Shown in pieces: positions 20,657-35,637 of a stretch of 64,000 nt of DNA. The notes below the pieces were generated by a model. That model was not told where the DNA came from. It worked only from the letters and a program-made list of their open reading frames with translations, and made no database searches. The stretch is from assembly GCA_030919125.1 (NCBI GenBank), contig CP121470.1, positions 1,532,391-1,596,390 of the forward strand, given 5' to 3'. The stretch comes from Methanoregula sp. SKADARSKE-2 (GTDB lineage Archaea; Halobacteriota; Methanomicrobia; Methanomicrobiales; Methanospirillaceae). Within the stretch, counting starts at the first letter, position 1. Each line of letters begins with the position of its first letter. The translations under genes were made by a program, and so were the position numbers.

Positions 20657-21480
20657 TCGAGGAGCTCTTCCAGATAGAACGCGAGTCCTACCGCGACAGC
20701 GTGATCCACCGGCTCGATGCCCGGGTAAAGATCCTGATCGCGTTTGCTGCGATCATCGCGCTCGTCGCCATCCCGTACTCCCCCATGATCTACTCTGTCG
20801 GGGCCGTCTTCTTCGTATTCTTCGCGGTTCTCTGGTGCTGTACCCGGTTGTCTCCGGTGATTTATGGAAAGCGGCTCCTCGCCATCGTCCCTCTCTGGGG
20901 CATCATCATCTTCTTCCAGATCTTTTTGAAGAACCGGTACTATACGGATTATCACCTCGTGATGAGCCTGCCGCTTGGGATCTGTATCTATGCGGAATCG
21001 ATCGAATTCGCGTTCATCCTGCTTGTAAAATTTGTTGTCTGCATCTCCTTCATCATCCTGCTCTCGTCCACGACAAAGATCCACGACCTGCTCGAAGGCG
21101 CAGCGAGGCTCGGGCTCCCGGCAGAGTTTGCCCTTGCGCTCGGGATGATGATCCGGTACCTCTTCGTCTTCGCGTACATGTACCGGAAGATTACCGAGAC
21201 TCTCAGGACGAAATGTTTCGATGCCTTCGACCGCCACCTCCCGTACCGGTACCGGCTGAAGCAGCTGGGGTATCTGATCGGCACGATGTTCATCCGGTCC
21301 TATGAGCAGGGTGAGCGGGTGTACACGAGCATGCTCTGCCGGGGGTACGGCCGGGAGAGTTTCCTCTTCGTGAGGAAGAAACCCCTGCGATGGAGCGAAT
21401 GGGTCTTCCTCTCGCTGTCGTTCTGCTACATTATTCTGGTACCGGTGGTGATCGGGACGACCGGGGTACGATTGTTCTGA
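20653..21480 (+). CDS. cbiQ: ECF transporter T component CbiQ/NikQ
   Basis: HRLDARVK, RYLF, FIRSYEQGERVYTSMLCRGY. Confidence 0.92.
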   Translation: MIEELFQIERESYRDSVIHRLDARVKILIAFAAIIALVAIPYSPMIYSVGAVFFVFFAVLWCCTRLSPVIYGKRLLAIVPLWGIIIFFQIFLKNRYYTDYHLVMSLPLGICIYAESIEFAFILLVKFVVCISFIILLSSTTKIHDLLEGAARLGLPAEFALALGMMIRYLFVFAYMYRKITETLRTKCFDAFDRHLPYRYRLKQLGYLIGTMFIRSYEQGERVYTSMLCRGYGRESFLFVRKKPLRWSEWVFLSLSFCYIILVPVVIGTTGVRLF

Positions 21481-21612
21481 TCCGGAGGATTTTTTCGATT
21501 CCATTTCTGAAATCCGACGATCTAAAGTCTGAATAGAATTTCGCATACGCCTTTCGGAACAACTAAGCAAGTTTTATTTAGTTAATGCAAGTAAATTTGA
21601 TCCTATCTTATC

Positions 21613-22332
21613 ATGCATATCATGGAAGGATTTTTACCGGCAGGCTGGTGTCTCCTCTGGTGGCTCATCGCCCTGCCCTTCATTCTCATAGGTACTCTTG
21701 AACTCCGGGCAATTATACGAAAAGACCGGGAGTACCTGCCGCTCCTTGGCGTTTGCAGCGCGTTCATCTTTATTCTCTCCGCACTGAAGCTGCCATCAGT
21801 GACCGGTAGTTGCTCGCATCCGACCGGCACCGGGCTCTCCACTATGTGTTTCGGTGTCTTCATCACGTCAGTGATTGGCGGGATCGTCCTGCTCTTCCAG
21901 GCGCTCCTGCTTGCACACGGAGGACTCTCTACGCTCGGGGCCAATATGGTCTCGATGGCGATCGGCGGTCCCATCGCGGGTTACGCGATCTACCGTCTCC
22001 TGAAGAACACTACCGTGAATATTTACATCACGGTCTTTCTCGTCACGGCCGTCGCTGACCTGGTCACGTATATCATCACTTCGTTCGAGCTGGCCCTCGC
22101 TTACCCGGCCCAGACAGGTGGCGTATTTACTTCCTTTGCAACGTTCTTTGCGATATTTGCGGTTACCCAGATCCCGCTTGCGATTGTCGAAGCTTGTGTC
22201 CTCGCGCTCGTCTTCAAATATATCGTCAATATAAAGCCGGAAATTCTTGAGAAGTTAAATGTCTTCTCACACGACCAGATCGAGAAGGTCCGCATAATTG
22301 AAGAGCAGGTCACTCCTGCAGAGGGATCGTGA
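21613..22332 (+). CDS. cbiM: ECF cobalt transporter S component CbiM
   Basis: MHIMEGFLP, GSCSHPTG, LLAHGG, TQIPLAIVE. Confidence 0.93.
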   Translation: MHIMEGFLPAGWCLLWWLIALPFILIGTLELRAIIRKDREYLPLLGVCSAFIFILSALKLPSVTGSCSHPTGTGLSTMCFGVFITSVIGGIVLLFQALLLAHGGLSTLGANMVSMAIGGPIAGYAIYRLLKNTTVNIYITVFLVTAVADLVTYIITSFELALAYPAQTGGVFTSFATFFAIFAVTQIPLAIVEACVLALVFKYIVNIKPEILEKLNVFSHDQIEKVRIIEEQVTPAEGS

Positions 22333-22640
22333 TGATCCGGAGATATGCCCTTGAATTGATCACGCTCATTGCAGTTCTTGCCTTCATTGGAATTTTCCTT
22401 CTGGTCAGTTCCGGGGGTGCGCATGAATTCAGCGGTTCCGATGACATGGGATCGCAGAAGATTGCAGAATTGACCGGTGTTTCGGTGGATTCTGTCAAAC
22501 CGCTTATCCCCCAGTACATTCTCCCGAGCGGGGAGATTGAAGCCACCCTCTTCGCCCTTCAGGCAGCGTTCGGCGGTCTCGTTCTCGGCATCGTCTTTGG
22601 ATACTGGCTCGGCCAGAGAAAACCCGCACAAAATTTCTAA
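22329..22640 (+). CDS. cbiN: Cobalt transport protein CbiN
   Basis: FSGSDD, PSGEIEATLFALQAAFGG...GYWLG. Confidence 0.9.
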   Translation: MMIRRYALELITLIAVLAFIGIFLLVSSGGAHEFSGSDDMGSQKIAELTGVSVDSVKPLIPQYILPSGEIEATLFALQAAFGGLVLGIVFGYWLGQRKPAQNF

Positions 22641-22780
22641 AAAAAAGGACGTGCGCCCGCGTTTGTATCGGGGCACAAACGAATGGAGCGTTTCGCGGCT
22701 CCAGATTGCCGCTGAAACATAAAAACCGGAATTGGTTGGCGATCCGAAACATTGGAAAGACCATAACTACGGAGGAAGAA

Positions 22781-23542
22781 ATGTCAAGGATTTACGGAAT
22801 AAAACCTCGGGCAACGACCCGGAAACTCGTTGAGAAGTTTGAAGATGAAGTGATCATCCGGCTCCCCCGGGTGCTTGCGGCATTCCTTTCTTGGCGGCTT
22901 TTTCGTCCCGCTCTTTGCGTGGACGGGAGCGGTCGCTGCAATCCTTGTCGTCTGGCTGGTTGCCGGCAGGCGCGGCGTTGTCCCGGTTGAGACCCTTCTC
23001 CTGACCGGGATCGCGGTCTCGTTCTTCTGCTCGGCCATTGTCTCCTTCCTGATCTCCCGTGCAGGCCGGAACGTCCACCAGATCCTCTTCTGGCTCATGG
23101 GCGGCTTCTGGAACGCATCGCCATCCGATGCAATCCTCGCTGCCGCTCTTCTCGTACCTGCCGGCCTGCTCCTCGTCTTTATGTCCCGGGACTTAAACGC
23201 CCTCTCGCTTGGGGAGGAAACCGCTTTCCATCTCGGCATCGATGCAGCCCGGGTCCGCCAGATCGTACTCGGTGGCAGCACCCTGCTTGTTGCCGGGGCA
23301 GTCTCGATCGCGGGCTCCATCGGCTTTGTCGGTCTTGTCACTCCCCACGTTATCCGCACAGTCGCCGGCCCGGACAACTGCATCGTGATCCCCGCAAGTA
23401 TCTTTGGCGGGGGATTCTCCTTGTCCTTGTGGATACGCTCGCCCGAACGTTCTTCTCGGACCTCCCGGTCGGGATCATAACGGCGTTCATCGGTGCACCC
23501 TTCTTTGTCTGGCAGATCTACCGGAGGGAGTCAACGGCATGA
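22781..23542 (+). pseudogene. btuC: FecCD/BtuC-type ABC permease pseudogene
   Basis: IIRLPRVL followed by a deletion and frameshift; LLLTGIAV, FWLMG, LNALSLGEE.A..LG, GSIGFVGL..PH motifs; extra G near 23410 detaches ...DTLART...PVGIITAFIGAPFF. Confidence 0.85.
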
Positions 23543-24828
23543 ATTCGTCCGTCCGTATTCTCGCAGAAAAAATTCAGGCAGGTTACTCCGGCGGAGATGT
23601 TGTAAAAAATGTCAGCTGTTCGTTTACCACAGGTACCTTCACCGGGATCATCGGCCCGAACGGTTCGGGAAAGACCACGCTCCTCAAAGCGTTCAGCCGC
23701 GTGATCCCCTCAAGCGGCATTCTCGAGCTGGACAATAAGGCAGTCAGCGCTTATTCGCCGGCGGAACTTTCCGCTGCGCTTGGTTTTGTCCCGCAGGACG
23801 AAGGGCGTGCATTCCCGTACTCCGTTCTCCAGGTGATCCTGATGGCCAGGTACGCCCGGACCCGGCGGTTTGCTTCCATCGGGAGTGACGATTATGCCCG
23901 ATGTCACCGGGCGCTCACCGTGACCGGGCTCGCCCGGCTCGCCAATCGTTCGATCCTGACCCTGAGTGGGGGAGAATGGCAGAGGGTCCTCATCGCCCGG
24001 GCCCTTGCGCAGGATACCGGGGTTCTTCTCTTGGATGAGCCGACCTCGCACCTCGATCTTTCCCACCAGGTAGAGATCTTCTCGCTCCTGCGGAGCCTCG
24101 CAGCAGCCGGCTCCACCGTCATAGGGGTCTTCCACGATCTCACTATGGCCGCACTCTACTGCGACCGTCTTGTGATGATCTGTGACGGGAAGATCGTGGC
24201 AGATGGCAGACCCGAAGATGTCATGACTCCGGAAAAAATCCGGGAAGTGTACGGGACCGAGGTCGTCAGTTCGTTTCACCCTGTTACCGGCCGGATGTTC
24301 CTGTTGCCCGTTGATTCAGGATTCCCGCCCGGCATCTCAGGAGAATTGCAAAATGTCCTCGTGATCTCCGGGGGAGGATGCGGGGGCGAGCTCCTGCATT
24401 TCCTCTTCCGGAAGGGATACCGTCTCTCTGCCGGCATCCTTGCGACCACGGACTCCGATTACCTCGCAACCAAAACCCTGGGGATCCCCTGCATCGCAAT
24501 TCCCCCGTTCTCTACGATCCCGGCCCCAGCTCAGGAAAAATTCCGGAATTCTCTTGCACGGGCAGACCGGATTGTCTTCTCTGTTCACCCGGTGGGATGG
24601 GGGAACCTGCCGGTCCTTCTCGCGCTTCGCGAAGTCGATCCGGCGCGTATCATCCTTCATCTTCCGGAGGGCAGGGATTTTGCCTCCTTTGATTTTGCCC
24701 GGGGAAGTGCATTACCCGTACTTTCCGGTCTCTGTGCCGCTGGTGCCAGGTGTTCATCCGGGTTTGGGGAAATCCTTGAGTTTCTTGAAAAGACTAAGGG
24801 AAAGCCCGAATTCCGGAATGAACTATGA
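23539..24828 (+). CDS. btuD: Cobalamin/Fe-siderophore ABC ATPase (BtuD/FepC-like) with C-terminal extension
   Basis: GPNGSGKTT, LSGGEWQRVLIARALAQ, LDEPTSHLD; ATG 23539 overlaps the btuC stop. Confidence 0.82.
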   Translation: MNSSVRILAEKIQAGYSGGDVVKNVSCSFTTGTFTGIIGPNGSGKTTLLKAFSRVIPSSGILELDNKAVSAYSPAELSAALGFVPQDEGRAFPYSVLQVILMARYARTRRFASIGSDDYARCHRALTVTGLARLANRSILTLSGGEWQRVLIARALAQDTGVLLLDEPTSHLDLSHQVEIFSLLRSLAAAGSTVIGVFHDLTMAALYCDRLVMICDGKIVADGRPEDVMTPEKIREVYGTEVVSSFHPVTGRMFLLPVDSGFPPGISGELQNVLVISGGGCGGELLHFLFRKGYRLSAGILATTDSDYLATKTLGIPCIAIPPFSTIPAPAQEKFRNSLARADRIVFSVHPVGWGNLPVLLALREVDPARIILHLPEGRDFASFDFARGSALPVLSGLCAAGARCSSGFGEILEFLEKTKGKPEFRNEL

Positions 24829-25574
24829 CCTCGCGACCGTTATTCATCTCTACGTTCTGCTGCATCAATTACCCGCTCAGGAATGCCCTTGCAACCATCT
24901 CTTCCCGGACTTCGCATGTTGAAATCCTCTCGGACGGATTGCACGATCTTCTTGCAGGCTGCATCTCCTGTGAGGAATTTGCGTTTACCTACAGCGTTCA
25001 TGCACCGTGCGCAGAAGTCAACATCGCGGCAGTGATCGAACGCATGCGGAGTGCTTCGGTCTTGGAGCTTGGCGAAGTGCTTGAAGTTTCTGCCCGCATT
25101 GGTGCTGAGCATCTCGTGGTCCACCCGGGTTACTCGCCGTAAGAGCAGGTGCGGGAGAAATCGTACGCATCCCTGCTGCGCTCGCTAAACGAATTTGTCC
25201 GGCTCCAGGAAGAGTACGGGATAACAATCTGTGTAGAGAACATGGGCGGGTGGGAGTGCTGCCATTTCAGGACACCTGAATTCCTTGCCGAATTGCGTGA
25301 ACGGGATCTCGGATTTGCACTCGATGTCGGCCATGCAGTGCTCAACCGGAATCTTGACCTGTTCCTTGAAGCCGGGGGTTTCTGTCATGTCCACCTCCAC
25401 GATAACGGCGGCGAAACTGACGATCACCTTGCCTGCGGGAACGGGATTGCCAATTTCTCATCACTCATCAGCAGGATTCCGGATCAGGCAACCCTTGTCG
25501 TGGAGACAAAGGCTCTCCCTGCTGCCGACCGGAGTCTCCGGTTCCTTGCACCCCTGATTGACGGAGGTGGTTAA
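24825..25574 (+). pseudogene. AP-endonuclease-2 / sugar-phosphate isomerase TIM barrel with an in-frame nonsense codon
   Basis: VHAP, VHPG, ENM, DVGH, HLHDN..DDHL..G.G metal motifs; single TAA at 25140-25142 with the same frame continuing. Confidence 0.85.
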
Positions 25575-26611
25575 TGGATCTTCTGCCCGCCGGAAAAAAC
25601 CGTGCCATTGTCCTTGTCATCACGGCGATTGCGATTGCGTTTTGTATGCTTCCGGCAACGGCGGTGACTATAACGGACGACACCGGAAACGTCCTCTCCC
25701 TGGATCACACCCCCGTCCGCATCGTCTCGCTCTCCCCCGCCAACACCGAGATTCTTGCAGCGCTCGGACTCGCCGATCGCACTGTTGGCATTACAGATGT
25801 CTGCAATTTTCCTCCTGAGATCCGGAACAAGACTCGCATAGGGGGGTATGCATCCGTAAGTATCGAGAAGCTGGCCGCTATGCAGCCGGATCTCATCCTT
25901 GCTTCGGATCTCACCCCCGAAGGAACCGTGAGAAGACTCCGGGATCTCGGTTTTCCGGTGGTGGTCATAGCTCCGCATGGGATTGACCCCCTGATCCAGG
26001 ATATCCGCAGGGTGGGGGCATTGACCGGAGCTGAAGAGCCGACAGAAAATCTTTCCAACCGTCTTTTGGACCGGCTGGTGGATGCGTGTTCCTGTGGGTC
26101 CATAACACAAGATCCTACCGTTGCCCATGTGATCTGGCATGATCCATTGTACGTCAGCGGCAACAACACGCTCCAGGATGCTGCCATCGTACTGGGTGGC
26201 GGCAGAAACGTTTTTGCCGACCGTGACGGGTGGATCACGGCATCGCTTGAGGAGTTCCTTGCCAGGGATCCGGAGATTATCATCGTGAATGGGGGTGACG
26301 GGATGAACCGGCCGGGGAAAGATTTGATTCGTGAAACCCTGATGGAAAATCCACACTATGCCACACTTTCTGCGGTAAAAAATAATCGCGTCTTTGTTGT
26401 GGATGCCGATATCATCAGCCGTCCATCGCCGCGGATCGTGGATGCGATCGAGCAGATCGCACGATTTTTTCATCCGGAATGTTACCCGGAGGAGACCCGT
26501 CCGCCGGTTCCGGTGAGTCCTGTGGCAACCTCCCCGGGATTTGCTGCCTCCGAGGGCTGCGTCCTGGTTATCCTTCTTGTGAGCATCTCCTGCTGGCTGT
26601 GGATCACGTGA
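25574..26611 (+). CDS. btuF: Cobalamin-type ABC substrate-binding protein (BtuF-like) with C-terminal PGF-CTERM-like signal
   Basis: Signal peptide, RIVSLSPANTEIL, PDLIL, AVKNNRV, RPSPRIVDA; C-terminus SPGF plus hydrophobic helix. Confidence 0.85.
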   Translation: MDLLPAGKNRAIVLVITAIAIAFCMLPATAVTITDDTGNVLSLDHTPVRIVSLSPANTEILAALGLADRTVGITDVCNFPPEIRNKTRIGGYASVSIEKLAAMQPDLILASDLTPEGTVRRLRDLGFPVVVIAPHGIDPLIQDIRRVGALTGAEEPTENLSNRLLDRLVDACSCGSITQDPTVAHVIWHDPLYVSGNNTLQDAAIVLGGGRNVFADRDGWITASLEEFLARDPEIIIVNGGDGMNRPGKDLIRETLMENPHYATLSAVKNNRVFVVDADIISRPSPRIVDAIEQIARFFHPECYPEETRPPVPVSPVATSPGFAASEGCVLVILLVSISCWLWIT

Positions 26612-27021
26612 AAATATACCGGGGACCGGTCTCTCATTTTCCGGTAGTATTGGTTCACCTCAGGGATATCGCAATACTGACTCTCCGTTCAATCCTTTGC
26701 GGAATTACCCATACCTCTGCAAATTATTTCCCATCGCTGCCCGTAAGGAAGTTTATGGAAAGCAAATGGCGGTGAACTTCCATCATGGTTCTCTTCTGTC
26801 ATTGTACTGCATCGGGAATCCGGTCACTTTCCGTAACCTGCGATCAGTGCTTAGGTGAGCGGGCAAAAACCGGTCGGTTATCTCGTGCGTGCCCCTCCTC
26901 CGGAAGGCTCACTTTTTTTTAAAGAGCTTGCGATAAAACCGCAGGTATCACAAGGATAGCGTAAGAAACCTCAGGATCTTTCCCCAAACCTTTTTCATAT
27001 CTCCCGTCAGACGGACACCTC

Positions 27022-27330
27022 ATGGAGAACCAGTTCGGCCACGGTTTTGTAACAACTCTCATCCTCATCGCCCAGCACTTCGCGCTCCCCCCGGAGCAGG
27101 CATGGCACGGGGTCCAGGATCACGTCACGGGACTTGAACTCCCGGAAAAATACCGGGGGACCGAGATCGAGGAGATCACCACCCTGCTCCGGAAAAAAGT
27201 TATCTGGCACCAGGCAGGGACCAGGGACCGGGAAGATGCAGGCGAGGTGATCTCCACGCTCCGTCGGCTTGTGGTCGCAATCGATGCGGACCTTGGGATC
27301 AGGGACCCCCGGTTCGGCCGGTTCGGCTGA
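27022..27330 (+). CDS. Hypothetical protein
   Basis: 102-aa ORF, ATG start, host-like codon usage. Confidence 0.65.
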   Translation: MENQFGHGFVTTLILIAQHFALPPEQAWHGVQDHVTGLELPEKYRGTEIEEITTLLRKKVIWHQAGTRDREDAGEVISTLRRLVVAIDADLGIRDPRFGRFG

Positions 27331-27744
27331 TCCTCCAACGGGCCCCGTTCGTACGGGTTTATGGCTTCTGCCATCCCCCACCGGTCTTTCCGGGTGGTTT
27401 TTCTGCCTCTCTGCTCTGGGGGGAAGCCTCTGTCTCTGAGTGGGTCGCCTCCTTGTGCCATCCCGTCCATGGGGGCGTTTGGCGCAGGCGATCCTTTCGT
27501 AAAACGGCACTATCACTAACGGGTGAGCGCTTTCCGTGGCATGAGGAAGCCCCGGAATCGTCAGAGAAAATGATCTCTTAAACGCACTGGTCCTTGTAAA
27601 TCCTGCCGGGCCGGGAAAGATCTCCCGGGTCGTACGTCCGGGAAAAGCGGGTGACTTTTCAAAAACAAAAAGCATTATAAAAATTTCTCAATGTCCCCGA
27701 CCGCAACCGTTTATACCAAATCCGACCTATAATTATTGTGATAA

Positions 27745-32419
<4,675 letters not shown>

Positions 32420-32966
32420 CGGGAAAACTTTTTTTTTGTCTTTAGTATCTCTAAAATTGCCAACTCTTTTCAGATTACGATCGTCCGGACCTTTGGGGGT
32501 GAAGATCTCCGGAGGCAAGCTGGCACGAACCCGTGGACGAGCAGAGAGGTATTGGAGCTTTTTTTCGGAGATTCTCTCTCGCTTGCGGGGGTCACCCGCC
32601 TCAGGACCTCTCCGAGGTACGGCAGGAGAGAGTGATCTCTGGATCCCGGATCCGCCGCGGGGTATTTCGTACTCCGGTGAGATTATTTGGGCTCTTTTGG
32701 AGAATTCCTCAATGATAGTTCGAAATGTCAGAGACGAGATCATCTGGGAATGGGTGTAAAAAGGATTACGTTGAGTTTGATCACTTTGACCAGAAGCCGG
32801 AGCAATCGAGCCCTCAATGCTCCGCCGAGCGCCAAGTTGTTTACTACTCTTAGTGCCTGAAAATCGGGGGTTAATAGCAATCCTCTGCAGAATTTTAATG
32901 CAGAATATTGGATCTGTACACTTCTCTTCAGTCTCTTTTTTTTGGTTATAGGTGGTTATCCTTGTG

Positions 32967-33814
32967 ATGATCGATTCCTTGGTACTCCTATCCAGTATTG
33001 GATTTCTTGCATTTCTCGTGCCAGGTCGTCACCGCAAATTTGCTGCAATTGCCGGATGGCTCTTTATCTTCCTTAACCTAGTTGTGGCATTACCGAGATA
33101 TTTCGCCGAAAATAATTTTCTGTACCCGATAATGGCTGTTTTGTCTGTGCCGTTTTTTGTCACCACCACCAGATATCTCCTCAGGGAAGACGAGCGCGTA
33201 TACAACCTCTCACGTGCTGCTGCTGTGGCAGTTTTGATCTATGCCCCTTTCGCGATCCAATCGAATGGGGAATTTTGGTGGCCTGGCGCGATCTTCTGAT
33301 AGCTGTTGTAGTAAGTCAAATCGTCTGGTTTCTTAACCTGCTGCATTATACGCCCATCATTGAGAGCTGGAATGTAATTCTTCGGAACACCTACCCTGTG
33401 GAAATTATTCTTGGGTGTACGGGTATTCAGAGTATCGCAGTCATGCTCGGTGTAGTTGGTGCAGTCCCAACAACACATCGCCAGAAAGTCCTGGCGTTTT
33501 TGATCGTGGCGCCTACGATATATATCCTCAACATTTTGCGGAATGTTTTTGTCATCATTGCGTATACCGAACAATGGTTTCCTTATTATCCTGAGATCGC
33601 AGGTACTCCCGCTTCCCCCGGATTTGAGAGTTTTTTCTGGGCCCGTAATGTCATTGCTGAACTACTTGCCTTATTCGTTCTGCTCATTATTGCATCTGGG
33701 CTTTTCACGCTCATACCGAGACTCCGATCATGTGCCATTGAGCTCTTCCCGTTATATCTCGATGACTGGAAGACTACATTTGGCAGGAGGCGCTGGGTGC
33801 ACAAGGATGGATAA
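32967..33814 (+). pseudogene. Second archaeosortase A homolog, frameshifted
   Basis: Collinear with 40179-40997 (SSIGFLAFL, ENNFLYP, EIILGCTG, LNILRN, ESFFWA); one base missing in the T-run near 33275; AT-richer than the host genes. Confidence 0.85.
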
Positions 33815-34400
33815 AATTTTATCCGGGAGTCGGTCGCCGCAGAATTACTGGCAGAACAAATGATGGGGAACGTTGGGCCATCAAAGGTGTGTTCGCCGCT
33901 ATGAACGGATCTACGGTGAGTCCCCCGCAATTTTTAAAGAAGAACTATTAAACCCTGCTTTTCCGGCACTTCTTCGTCAGGTCTCTTGGCTCCGGCACCG
34001 CAAAATCCCGATAGTTCCACCCTGCCCGGACTCTGCCGGGCATCAGGTCTCCTGGGGGATCAATTACCGGGGATCTGGAGGCTTCCGGATCGATCGCTTC
34101 TCAGTTATGTCCATTGAGGCCACGGGAACACTCTCTCATCCCTGTAGAGCGGTTCGCCTCTCGCGCGATAGCGATCCCGCTCTCGTGCACCGCTGCCGTT
34201 GACGGATAGAACCGAGGGACAACCTGCGTCCCTTTCCGACAAAGGGAGGCAGCTGGTATCCGGATGCCGATCTTCTTCTTTGGCCGGGTCCCGTATGCCG
34301 GTCCCCGCAATAAACCCGGAACCTCTCCTCTCCGCTTGGTGACCGGCAAGTGAAACTTTTTTTGAGTTAACCGACACCTTTTTTAAGCTCATATACATAT

Positions 34401-35572
34401 GAGGATAACGAATAACCCATTATTTTACGATCGTACCGGAAAGGGGTGCTTCCCGAGCGTTTGGCTTACCCCAATTTTACAAAATAGCACCAATGTGAGT
34501 GGGTCTATGTATCCGGTTCTTGCATTTTCAGGCCACATTTCAGTTTTTTGTCGAGAGCATCCGCTCAAGAACCCCTTGTTTTTTGAGGGTTGCGAGTTGA
34601 AACCGGTTAAAGCAGAAGGCCGAGAACAGCATTTTGGTATACACCCTGAGAACGGTTGTGACTTTGGTATGAGCAGAATGGAACACATTCTTGATGATGA
34701 CATATGGGCGTTCCCCGGGAGATAGGATTCGAGAGATTCGAGCGTTTTTGAGAACATCGCGGATACCGATCGGATGCCCACGAACACCCCGTTGCATGGT
34801 GGTGTTGAAACCTTTTGTTTTGGTACCGAAATATCCTCGGTCACGGTAGATCACCTCTCCTTCGTTCGACAGGTCGATTTGCGAATCGTGGGTTGAGGCA
34901 GTTGTAACCTCGAGAGCCCGGATCAGTCCGAAGTCACAATCCTCTTTGGTATGGAGTTTGTATCCAAAATAAGATTTCTTGCCCTTTATCGCCCATGTTC
35001 CATCCCGGCTTCTTCGAGTTTTTGCAGCATCACCCCGGGGTGTATTCGTTGAAGCATGACCGGGCTCTGAGGTGATGAAAGTCGCATCCTGAATGGTGCC
35101 TTTTTTGATTTTCAGACATTGTGCATCGAGTTGTCGCTGGAGCTCATCCCAAATAGCCTTATCCTTTCCGGTCTTTGCCAACCGCTCCCGGAAATACCAG
35201 ACGGTGGTCTGATCCGGGACCTTGTTAGGATACCCGAGGAATTTCATAAATGATATGCGATCATTGGCCTGACGCTCAAGTTCGGGATCGGACAGGCTGT
35301 ACATCGACTGGAGTACCAGCATCTTAACCATGAGAACGATATCAATATTCGGTCGACCGCCCTCTTCGGTCTGGTTTCGATACAGACCTCCCACTACCGT
35401 CAGAAACCTCTCCCAATTGATTAATGTCGAAAATCCGTCAAGCCGATCCCCGAGTCGTTTGATACTCTCATACCGCTTCTCGAGCGCAAAATCAACCAGA
35501 TTTTCCATACTCGTCATTGATCGTACTAAGATAAAGTACTACCGGCTACAGGGGGAATTTTTCAGAATTCTC
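34401..35572 (-). mobile_element. IS5-family insertion sequence, copy 3 (complete)
   Basis: 1172 bp; 6 substitutions seen relative to copy 2. Confidence 0.92.
34540..35517 (-). CDS. IS5-family DDE transposase
   Basis: 325 aa; I-to-F, A-to-V and H-to-Y changes relative to copy 2. Confidence 0.9.
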   Translation of the reverse strand: MTSMENLVDFALEKRYESIKRLGDRLDGFSTLINWERFLTVVGGLYRNQTEEGGRPNIDIVLMVKMLVLQSMYSLSDPELERQANDRISFMKFLGYPNKVPDQTTVWYFRERLAKTGKDKAIWDELQRQLDAQCLKIKKGTIQDATFITSEPGHASTNTPRGDAAKTRRSRDGTWAIKGKKSYFGYKLHTKEDCDFGLIRALEVTTASTHDSQIDLSNEGEVIYRDRGYFGTKTKGFNTTMQRGVRGHPIGIRDVLKNARISRILSPGERPYVIIKNVFHSAHTKVTTVLRVYTKMLFSAFCFNRFQLATLKKQGVLERMLSTKN

Positions 35573-35620
35573 AAAGTACTTTCCAATAACATCTATATAT
35601 TCAATTGTCGGGGACTACTA
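35573..35620 (-). repeat. IS630 left-end remnant truncated by IS5 copy 3
   Basis: Reverse complement matches 15434-15481 (tagtag..ccgacaattgaatatatagat.ttattggaa), including the flanking TA. Confidence 0.8.
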
Positions 35621-35637
35621 CATTATATTTAGCCGAC

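Noticed and set aside
21481-21612. Cobalamin riboswitch upstream of cbiM or the btu genes
   Set aside because: Short AT-rich spacer without the conserved B12-box or core motifs.
25140-25142. Pyrrolysine or selenocysteine readthrough of in-frame stops
   Set aside because: This stop is TAA, which is not recoded; the TAG stops at 2705, 5273 and 43254 occur with other lesions or frame changes.
33815-34400. Genes in this spacer and in 14170-14870, 32420-32950, 36608-36960, 48710-49000 and 55913-56316
   Set aside because: No recognisable motifs in the frames I translated by eye; they may be older relics, but I cannot support a call.
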